Of a DNA stretch of 64,000 nt, positions 50,267 to 59,690 are shown in pieces. The notes under the pieces were generated by a model. That model was not told the origin of the DNA and made no database searches. It saw nothing but the letters and a program-made list of their open reading frames with translations. This DNA comes from Histomonas meleagridis 2922-C6/04-290x (lineage: Eukaryota > Protista > Parabasalia). Numbering within the stretch: position 1 is the stretch's first letter; each line of letters begins with the position of its first letter. Where the stretch lies: contig JAANOX010000211.1 in assembly GCA_020184695.1 (NCBI GenBank), positions 10,815 through 74,814 of the forward strand. Reading direction: 5' to 3'. The translations under genes and the position numbers were made by a program.

Positions 50267-53134
50267 TTATTTTTTAATATCCTTTGAATATTTCAGAATA
50301 AATCTTGCTATTTCGCCATGAGAATAATTCATAGCTTTGTTAAGTGCTGTATCAAATAATTTAAATAATTTCCAAATACTATTTTGAAATATAAAAATAT
50401 TAAAATAAATCCAAAATAAAACAAATAAATATCTTTAGCATTAATATCAATTCCCTTTTGTTCAAGAAGTAATTTGACTATTTCTATATAACCATTTTGA
50501 GATGCCCACATAAGTGCTGTTTTAAATAATTTAAAGAATTTCCAAATATTATTATGAAATATCAAATTTTGTATTAATATTAATTCCTTCTATCCCTAGA
50601 AGCAATTTAACTATTTCAGTATATCCTTTTTTTGATGCAAAAATAAGTGATGCGTCGAATATTTTGAAATATTAAATTATTGAAAGAAACATTATATTAA
50701 ATAATTTTACTTTTTTATCATTTTTAACAATTTTTCCTTGTTCAATAAGCAATTTAACTATTTCTGTGTGACCGTTTAGTGATGCATAAAATAGTGCACT
50801 CGAAAATAATTTTGGCAATTTATAAAAATTATTTTGATATTTCAAGTTCTTAAAACAAATATCTTCTGTATCACATAATTTTTTATGCTCAAGAAATTTA
50901 ACTATTTCAATATGGCCATTTTGAGATGCTAAAATAAGTGCTGTTTGAAATATTTTAAATAATTTCCAAATATTGTTTTGAATTTCTATATTATTAAAAT
51001 AAATATCAAATAAAACAATTATATATTTTTAGCATTAATATCAATTCCTTCTTGTTCAAAAAGTAATTTAACTATTTCTGTATGACCATTAGACGATGCA
51101 AACAGAAGTGATGTCCAAAATATTTTAAATAATTTCCAAATATTGTTTTGAATTTCTATACTATCAAAACAAATATCAATTAAAACAATTATATATTTCT
51201 AGCATTAATATCAATTCCTTTTTGTTCAAGAATTAATTTAACTATTCCTATATTTCCTTTTTTAGATGCTAACATTAGTGCTGTTTGAAATAATTTGTTT
51301 AAATTCTAAATGTTATATCAAAATATGAAATTAATAAAATAAATTTCATTTAAAGCAAAATAACATTTTTTATATTGGAAATTATTTTTCGTTCAAGAAG
51401 TAATTTAAATATTTCTGTATTACCATATTTAGCTGCAATAATATCTAGTGATCTATAAAGTTTAAACAAATCCCAAATATTATTTTGAAACTTTAAATTA
51501 ACCAAATTAATTTTAATAAAATAAAATAATCATCTAATACATGAACATCGATACCTTTTCTTTCAAGAAGTAATTTAACTATTTCTGTATTACACCTTTC
51601 AATTGCTTTAATAAGCGCCGATTTAAATAGTTTAAATAAATTCCAAATATATTTTTGAAGTTTCAAATTATTGTAAATAATTTTAAATAAAATATTTGTA
51701 TATCTTTCGCATTTACATCAATTCCGATTGTTCCGAGAAGTAATTTAACAATTTCTGTGTAACATTTTTCAATTGCTATAATAAGTGGTGTTTTAAATAT
51801 CTTAAATAAATTCCAAATATTATATTGAAATATCAAATCACGAATTCAAATATCAAATAAAACAATTCAAAGTTTTTTGCATTGATATAAATGTATTTTT
51901 GCTTAAGAATATATTCAACATATTCAATATTTCCAAATTCCATAACTTTAAAAAGTATATTATTTACATTGTATGAGTTTTGAAGAAAATATTGAATAAG
52001 ATATAAATTATGATTTTTTAATGATTCATTGATAATAGAATCGTTAATTTTCATACCTATTCCGACCAAAAACGAAAAAATTTGAAAACTTCCCTTATTA
52101 ATGCAAAGACACCCTAAATCAGCTAAAATTGTATTCCCTGAAATCATAATATTTCCTAAATCATCAAATATAGTAGGCCTTTTTAAAATTTTTCCACCAA
52201 CCTCATTATCATATAAATAACGAAATATATCATTTCTATGGAATCTAATTGCTGTTTCATATGCACCTTCAAATGATGAATGATTTTGTTCACATAAATG
52301 AATAATTTCTTCATTTCCACCTGCAACTGCATATTTACCTGTGTTTTCTAATTTTGCATTATTTATAAGTAAATATTTAAAGCATTTAACTGATCCAAAA
52401 AATGCTGCATACTCAATTAACGTAACATTAGAATGATTTATAAAATCACATCTTTCATAAAGTGATGGCTCAATTGTTTGATTAAAATCAAAATTTGTTT
52501 GTGATGATATTTCTTGAAGTTTTTCGATTTCATCATTTCGAATTATTTTTGCAATCTCATTTGGATTACGCCCTTCTTTAATTAATTGTTTATGAAGTTC
52601 CCAATCATTCTTTGATAATTCTTCATAATTTTTGAAAAAAGTTCTTTCAAATGGATCATTTCTATTTCTTTTTTGATTTTCTTCCTTAATTTTATAATGT
52701 GCAAAATATTTAGATTTGATGTCTCTTGTAATATTTTTATCAATTAAATTTAGTTCAATCATTTTGTTAATTATAAAATAAGATTCTTTTTCTTGAATTG
52801 AAGAAATATATTTGATAAAAATTTCTTTTATTTCGGGTTTGTTAATTTTCATTTCCTCCTTAATTTCTAGAGTATTTAAAAAATTTAAATATATATCAAT
52901 TATATTATTTTTTGATGAAAATGCATAGTAAATTAAATTAACAATTACAAAATTAAATGCATAAGAAATATTTATATCAAAATATTTCATTATTTGTTGA
53001 ACGGATGAATCGAGATTTTCTTCAGTTAAATTAAGTATAATATGTTCAAGTTCTGAAAGCAATTCCAAAGACGGGCATTTGCGGTTAGAAACATTATTTC
53101 TTTTTTTTGAATACTTTTTTTTTGCATATGACAT
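50267..53134 (-). CDS. DUF3447-type ankyrin-repeat gene with ten non-GT-AG intervening elements in its ankyrin array (discontinuous CDS)
   Basis: ORF 53134-51833 (IEYAAFFGS..YAVAGGNEEIIHL..AIRFHRNDIF); ten further stop-free ankyrin modules in shifting frames start at 51791, 51621, 51451, 51284, 51114, 50944, 50800, 50653, 50520 and 50350; terminal TAA at 50267. Confidence 0.75.
50351..51871 (-). other. Array of intervening elements: 80 nt at 51792-51871, 51622-51701, 51452-51531, 51285-51364, 51115-51194, 50945-51024 and 50351-50430; shortened at 50801-50860 (60 nt), 50654-50710 (57 nt) and 50521-50566 (46 nt)
   Basis: Lengths counted between the AK[DN]-equivalent codon and the T[AS]L-equivalent codon; shared 3' motif TTTCAAAATAATATTTGGAAWTTATTTAAAWTATTT. 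Confidence 0.9.
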
Positions 53135-53211
53135 CTGATTTTTAATTGATGAATTCTTTGAAAATTGTAATGTTAATATTTTATTTATATTATTCATAGA
53201 AAAAAGCGTTA

Positions 53212-53282
53212 GCATCGCTGGTCTAATGGTAGAATTTCAGCTTGCCAAGCTGGGGGTCCGGGTCCGATTCCCGGGCGATGCA
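53212..53282 (+). tRNA. tRNA-Gly (GCC), with T-loop variant TCCGATT
   Basis: Acceptor GCATCGC/GCGATGC, anticodon arm TCAGC-TTGCCAA-GCTGG, T arm CCGGG/CCCGG, T6 terminator. Confidence 0.9.
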
Positions 53283-53546
53283 TTTTTTGTTGTTTTTTTA
53301 TTCTGGAGAATACATTTATTTTGATATAAAATTTATAATGTATTTATAATTATTTCGTTATTAATTTGGTAACCTTTACTAAGAAGGTTACTGCCAATAA
53401 ACGCCCTGATGAATAGATTTCATTTACCAAAGTTCACTTTATAAATAATATGAAAAAAGGAAAAGTTTCATGTTCGCTTTATTTTTTTTTTGAAAATTTA
53501 CTGTGATTCCAAAAAAGAACCAATAAATTGATTTGTTATAATACAT

Positions 53547-54236
53547 TTAAATAACAATTGGTTTGGTGTTATCCATTGGCTTTGGGTTAAGCAGGGAACG
53601 AATATCTTCTAGGAAGATATAATTATTATTAGTTGTAGCATTTTGTGGCTCATTGTTTGTTTGATCTAAAGAACCTTCTAATAGAAACTTTTGTGTTTGG
53701 ATTCTTCTAGGTTCGAATTTTGCGGAAACTTCATCAGATAAATTTGGAACAAACCCAACCAAACTTTGTTCTCCTAACAACCGGACACACCATTGCCTTA
53801 TTGCGAAAAACTCTGCTCTGACATTCGGAAGGACTTTTGTAAAGAGGCATATTAGATCATTTGAAGGTCGCATAACATCATATCCAAGTTTCTGAAAACA
53901 ACTATTTAAGCAACTCTTTGACCTTGAAAGAACATTTTTAAAGCGATTTGTATTAACTAAAATAAATCCTTTTCCAAATTCAATTCCACATACCATTCCT
54001 CTTAATGCAGTATTACAATTTGGCTGTGTTACAAAGTTATGTACCTTGTTGAGGTCTTTAATGAAATCAAGTATTCCACTATTTCTTCTTGTCTTTTGTA
54101 CATCAAATGAAATTGATTCGATGAGAGACTTCAGTCGTATTCTTTCATCATAAGGTAGAAGCTCCACTACCTTATCAATTGGTGATGGAAAAGATAATGA
54201 GTTCTGCTCGTTCATTCTGTTCATAATTGAGAGCAT
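53547..54236 (-). CDS. Initiator-binding domain (IBD, IBP39-like) protein
   Basis: RGMVCGIEFGKGFILVNTNRFKNVLSRSKSCLNSCFQKLGY, typical of the parabasalid IBD winged-helix family. Confidence 0.88.
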   Translation of the reverse strand: MLSIMNRMNEQNSLSFPSPIDKVVELLPYDERIRLKSLIESISFDVQKTRRNSGILDFIKDLNKVHNFVTQPNCNTALRGMVCGIEFGKGFILVNTNRFKNVLSRSKSCLNSCFQKLGYDVMRPSNDLICLFTKVLPNVRAEFFAIRQWCVRLLGEQSLVGFVPNLSDEVSAKFEPRRIQTQKFLLEGSLDQTNNEPQNATTNNNYIFLEDIRSLLNPKPMDNTKPIVI

Positions 54237-54617
54237 TGATCGATACTGAGATGGCTTTTCAATGTAAAATTTTTTTTGATAAGTTTACAGAAAAACGATT
54301 TTATTTGAATTTTGAGTTTTATCATGCCAAAAAAATATACTTTAGAAGTAACAACAATTGTTAAAATGAAGAAACTTTATTATATTTCAAAAAAATGCAA
54401 TTGGTTAAGGAAAAGAAAATCATAATGAAAAAAAAAAAAAATAAATCAAAATATCAAATTGACCAAAAATTAAACAACAAATCTGTTTTACAAAAAACAA
54501 ACCTTAGTACACTAAGATCTAATTTTATCAAATTTAAAAAGAAAAAGAGGAAAAAATAAAACGAATTGCAAACATTTATCAAAGTTTTGGAATTAATTCT
54601 CACAATGAAAGTTTTAT

Positions 54618-55424
54618 TTATTCATTTTTTTTGAGCAGAACTGGACGTACCCATCTTTGAGCATAAAATGTCGAGTCAATCGGCAACTTTGGTTTAGAGT
54701 CATAGTCTTCTTCCAATTCATTTTTAGCAAAAATGTCTTTTATTGTTCCCCAACTGAAGCGAACAATTGAAGGAAAACCAAAAACATTATCGAAATTAGT
54801 CTTCAACCACTCGACGGTGACTGGATCACCGGGATATCCGGAACCAAACTCTGTTGTCGCATTAATTTCAGGTTCTTCAAATATGTAATCTCTAACAAGT
54901 TGATCACGAAGAACTTTTGCATTAATCGAAGCGGCACTAACAACTTTAAATTTTGAATCAGCACGAGGTGTAACAGTAATTTCAATGTTTGGAAAGAAGT
55001 GTTTGAGTTTTTCTTGGTATTTAGCTTCAGGTCCAACAGTATCAACATACAATTTTTTGATCTGAAGACCGGCATCTAAAGCAGCTTGAACTAGCATCCG
55101 CGCTGAATCGTGACTCATTTCATTGAGATTAATTTCTTTTGGTGCAAGCATTTTGGCCGATATTTCAACTGAAGATAAAACGCGAACGCCAAAACCAACA
55201 GGAAGATTTTTTAGACGTTTAAGATTTTCTTCTCTCTGATGAGGCGTTAGTTTTTTTGAGTCATTCACAGAAGTTGGCCATTTATATCCAACTTCAGCAA
55301 ATGCGGAACCATAAACCATTGGACCAAGAGCTGGCCCACGCCCTGCTTCGTCAATACCCATTTCAAGGGGAATACCTTTTAGCTCATCAGGAAATGACAT
55401 ATTGACCTCTTCCTTCCATTGCAT
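54618..55424 (-). CDS. RNASEH2A: Ribonuclease H2 catalytic subunit A
   Basis: GIDEAGRGPALGPMVY, DSKKL, YVDTVG, ADSKFKVVSAASINAKVLRD, GSGYPGDP; likely start at 55424. Confidence 0.95.
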   Translation of the reverse strand: MQWKEEVNMSFPDELKGIPLEMGIDEAGRGPALGPMVYGSAFAEVGYKWPTSVNDSKKLTPHQREENLKRLKNLPVGFGVRVLSSVEISAKMLAPKEINLNEMSHDSARMLVQAALDAGLQIKKLYVDTVGPEAKYQEKLKHFFPNIEITVTPRADSKFKVVSAASINAKVLRDQLVRDYIFEEPEINATTEFGSGYPGDPVTVEWLKTNFDNVFGFPSIVRFSWGTIKDIFAKNELEEDYDSKPKLPIDSTFYAQRWVRPVLLKKNE

Positions 55425-55908
55425 CTTAAAGGAAAAGTGACAACGGAACGTTAAAATAGGTACCAAGTGTAAACGGTTTCGGCTTAACAGGGGGTCAAAA
55501 AGCTCGAAAATCAATCAAGTATAAAAGTTATTCAGATTATTTCAACAATACGTAATAGTATAAGAACACTTTGTTTTACCTTTTTTGTAATATTACTTGT
55601 CAATACTGATTTAATATTTAATTCACCAATTTTTACCATTTGATGTTTTTGTGCTCTCCAACACACAGCCAGGTTCTAAGAAATTTCGCAAATTTGTTTT
55701 TTATAGGAAATTTCATGATATCGTCAGCATGAATCCATTCAATAAACGATACAACGGCTGTTTACACAAAAAAGTGATTGGAAAAACAGTTGTGACATAC
55801 GGTTATTATATTCAAAACTTTAACTGTTTTTTTACAACCAGATTGATTTTGAATTGCCAATAAAAACACAACTTATATTCCAGTCTTATTACTGACTAAA
55901 ATTAAACA

Positions 55909-57276
55909 ATGGGTCATTTGATTAGTGTCTTAGTATATACTATTAGCCCATATGCAACAGCATCTAGAGAAGTAACTGCAACAATTGTTTCACGTCTGAA
56001 TCAAATTCTAATTAATGATACTTTATGGTATGAAAATGATATGATAGGAATATCCACTGCTCCAGGAACCCTTACTTGTTACGTCAATATTCCCTACTTA
56101 TACTCAAGAGGTACCTTCTCTGCATATGAATCTATGATTTTTTTTCAAAGTACCGAAACTGTTACTTTCAATGCTTACTTTCCATATACCGCGTCAGGAG
56201 GTATAATTTCTTTTACCACAGATATACAGTTTACTTTAGCAGACCAGAGAAGGATTGACTTTATGTACTCATATGGTTCTACTGCTTCATCTGATAATCC
56301 AGAACTTGATTTAGTTTTTATACACTCTATGTCTTATTTAATCATTTCGTTAGAATTAGGTACAGGAGTCAATTCACAACAAATTTCAATATCATTAACA
56401 GGGCTATCTCGAGATGGGGTTTTTAACACAGAAACTGGTGTTGCATCTGCAACAGAAGATTCTAGCGTTTGGGACATTACAAACAATTATCATATTGAAA
56501 GTAATAATAACAAAACATTAACATATCCAATGATAATAATTCCTCAAACAGTTTCTAATGGTGTTACTGTAACTGTTATGACAAACGATGGTATGGTGAG
56601 AAAGGAAACATTGCAATTTCCTGAAGACCAAATTTCTTCTTCTCAATGCTATGAATTTAATTTAAAAACCACAAGTACACTCACATATACTAAATCAGAT
56701 ACATATACTAAATCAAATACTTATACTAAATCAGATACAATTAAATTAAACACAATCTCAATATCGAATACTTCATTACAAATAAATGCATTTACAGATT
56801 CACATTCATTAACTCTAAATTCATTTATTTTAACATATTCAAACGTTATTATAGAAACAATTACTTTCACTATTTTTGTAACTAATACTCTTTTATTTTA
56901 TTTAATCAATTCTTCTTATTTCTCCACATTCACCGAATTCATATTTTATGATTACATTTCGATTCGTTTCCCTTCATATAACTCTTTTTATGTTTTATTC
57001 CCTTATTCAAATGATATAAATAATAGCAAAGTAAGAAATCTTATTATTATTATTGTTGTTTGTGCTTTAGTTGTAATTGCAATTATAACTTTTCTTGTAA
57101 TTTTGTTAATTCGTAATCGAAACAAAAATAACAAGGAGGAACTTAAATCAAAAAGTACAAATTCTACTGAAACTGAAACAAATAACAACTTTATACAGTG
57201 TCTAAATATGTCACATATTGATGAAGATCCTTTTGCAAATGATTTCAAAGAAGAAAACCATTTTGATAAAATATAA
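55909..57276 (+). CDS. Type I surface protein with Bacteroidetes fimbrillin-like (Mfa-like) domain, T/S stalk, TM and DPFxxDF tail
   Basis: LWYENDMIGI, VTFNAYFPY, DQ..DFMYS, LDLVFIHSMSYLIISL, MIIIPQ match fimbrillin-family patterns from recall; TYTKSD repeats; TM at about 57040-57112. Confidence 0.7.
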   Translation: MGHLISVLVYTISPYATASREVTATIVSRLNQILINDTLWYENDMIGISTAPGTLTCYVNIPYLYSRGTFSAYESMIFFQSTETVTFNAYFPYTASGGIISFTTDIQFTLADQRRIDFMYSYGSTASSDNPELDLVFIHSMSYLIISLELGTGVNSQQISISLTGLSRDGVFNTETGVASATEDSSVWDITNNYHIESNNNKTLTYPMIIIPQTVSNGVTVTVMTNDGMVRKETLQFPEDQISSSQCYEFNLKTTSTLTYTKSDTYTKSNTYTKSDTIKLNTISISNTSLQINAFTDSHSLTLNSFILTYSNVIIETITFTIFVTNTLLFYLINSSYFSTFTEFIFYDYISIRFPSYNSFYVLFPYSNDINNSKVRNLIIIIVVCALVVIAIITFLVILLIRNRNKNNKEELKSKSTNSTETETNNNFIQCLNMSHIDEDPFANDFKEENHFDKI

Positions 57277-57765
57277 TTAAAATAAAATGCTTAATTTTTG
57301 CTGAACACAATCAGTACATTAAATTATTTATAACACATAGAAATCCCATCTTACCATAAAATATCTCATTTTATAATCATTTACTATTCATTAACATTTG
57401 TTATTTAGATTGAATCTCCAATGTATAATATTATATTAAAATTAAAAGTTTTATTTTCACTTTTTTCAAATGTGTGTAGTTATTTAATATATCAAAATGA
57501 GAAAAAATCAAATAATAAATTCTTAACTCAGGAAAGATTGCTGATAAAAATTGCAATTTAAAGAAGTGTGAGCAGTGCATTTGACATCACAGTGCCAATA
57601 TTTCTAATATACAAAATGTAATATTTATATTTGAAATTAAAACAATCTACTAAACCAATTTTTAGATTTTTTTGCATTTTTGCGTTTTTTATATATTGTC
57701 GCAGTTATTTATACTTTTCAATACTTTACTCATTGCCGACTTTTAATAAGAATTTTTTTTTTTTA

Positions 57766-57947
57766 CAGTACAGGAAAGCAAAAAATGTCCATAGGCATGG
57801 ATATTTTTTTCTGTCTCGTGACAAAACCGTAAAAGTGGAAAAATACTTTGGCCAGCTTTTTATGTCCGATGGCCAAAATTACTGGCTGATGAACGTTTAT
57901 TAATTATGGCGGTTTTTTCTGTGTACATTTTTTGCTGTCCGGGACTG
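57766..57947. mobile_element. Tc1/mariner-type MITE, 182 bp
   Basis: 29-bp TIRs with 24/29 identity (CAGTACAGGAAAGCAAAAAATGTCCATAG / CAGTCCCGGACAGCAAAAAATGTACACAG) flanked by TA on both sides. Confidence 0.85.
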
Positions 57948-58447
57948 TAATTTACTTAATTCTTTTTAAATAAATTCAATTGTTTGTTCTTTAGAGACGT
58001 AAGCCATCTCTATATGCATTCATAGAGGCTCCGATTAATAATTTGTCGCGTGATCAGATCCCATTTATTTCTCCAACTCATTAAAAGTTCATCTTTATTT
58101 ATTACAAAAATGCAAAAATCATCATAGTTGTTTAAATGAATTATTCTAAATACACACAAATTTGATAAAAAGTTTATTCATTGCCGAGTTTCGAATTTTA
58201 GTTTATTTTATTGATAAATCAAAAAACCATATGAAATGTTTTGCATGTTGTTTCAAAAATGATTGCATTAACGAAGAATAAAAAAAAGAGACTTAATGTT
58301 GCAATAAATCTGTTCTAAAATATATGTAAAAAGAAAAGGATCATGTTTAAACAAATCAGATCCAAATCATTTTACATTTTTTTAAACGGTTAACCGTTCA
58401 GAAATAGCCTACACTCGTTTTTTTGATACATTTTATCTACATCTTAT

Positions 58448-59531
58448 TAGGGCGGGTCGAAATGTCCATTTTATGGTATTTTGTCCGCCAGCGGTCCAGG
58501 TGAGATGGACCAATGGCCATGATTTTTTCAGAAGTGATCACTTCCCAGCGTCAAATGTTTTTCCTCTAATTCTAAGTTTAGAAAAATATTATCATGAAAT
58601 TATTGATTATTTGAACAAGAAAATTGATTATGATTCAATTCATCGGAAAGTAATTAATCGTTTAAAAGTTACAGGTTATTATCAACTTATAAAACTTACT
58701 TAATTTATTACATTCCAAGGAAGAGAATTTGCTAAACAAGTTGAAATTTCACAATTATCTATTGACATTTAATCAAAATTAAAACTTGATAATAATGATT
58801 TAAGATTACTTGATGCAGTAAAAAATTATCAAAAAATAATTGATCGAAGATATAATGGAGTACAAAATGAAGAAGAAGAGGAAGAAGTTCAATTAACCAT
58901 CGATCAAGATCATATTATTGATAATCAATATATTAAATACAATCAAGAAGAAGAAGAAGAATTTATTGAAGAAGAAGAATATAGTGAAGACGATATGCAT
59001 TACTATTTCAATTATGAAGTAAGGGAAGAAATAAATGAAGACTTATTTACAATGGAAGCATTGCTAGAAAGAACAATAAATATTGCTGAAATGTTCAAAT
59101 ATGAAAAAATGGAAATTAATTTAGTACGTGAAAAGTTTATCTATTGGTTTACAGAAGATTATAATAATTGACCATTACGATCACAGATAAATTTCGAAAC
59201 ACATAGATATATCAAATTTCTGAAATCTGATAATGATTGGAAATTTTTTTTAAGAATTTGCTCGCTTCTTATAACTATTCAAGCAACAAAGGCATCAGCA
59301 GAACGAGGGTTTCCTAAATTGAAAAAAATTAAATCTGATTTAAGAACAAGAATGGAAGAACAGTTAGAAGAAGCGGGAATTTTTCTTTCATAATTTTAAT
59401 CAAAATATATTATAATAATTTTTTTTATCTTTTTCTCTTTTGTTGTTCATTGAAGAGACCGTTAAAAATACGTTATCCCCACTTATGCTTTCCCCCATTT
59501 GGGGTCCAAATCCAATGGGTTGCCAACCCTA
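58448..59531 (+). mobile_element. Internally deleted hAT transposon with transposase pseudogene (58473-59393)
   Basis: Left end TAGGGCGGGTCGAAATGTCCATTTT matches the MITE end; single frame with 3 internal stops, a VRWT motif and C-terminal ITIQATKASAERGFPKLKKIKSDLRTRM (hAT dimerisation domain); right end (CAACCCTA 59531) uncertain, no TSD. Confidence 0.7.
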
Positions 59532-59690
59532 CTATAACTATTTTAATGGGATAATAGATTATATTTTAACAGTTTTAAAAGAAAATTATAAAATGGATAT
59601 CAGAAATATGAACGTTACATTTATGTGAACTTTAGAATAAAATTTTTATCGGGTTTTTCCTATTATAAGTCGACATAAAATGTTTTTCTC

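Noticed and set aside
50351-51871. Canonical GT-AG or U12 AT-AC introns explaining the ankyrin elements
   Set aside because: GT at nt 9-10 occurs in only 4 elements. A frame-restoring GT..AG pair exists only in 50351-50430. An AT..AC cut leaves the frame broken, and several modules start TCG, TCA or AGT.
50267-51871. CRISPR-like array (170-bp periodicity)
   Set aside because: Both alternating parts are homologous between units and one part encodes ankyrin; there are no unique spacers or cas genes, and the context is eukaryotic.
50351-51871. Stop-codon reassignment as the explanation
   Set aside because: 80 nt is not a multiple of 3, and other genes in the window end at standard stops with no internal stops.
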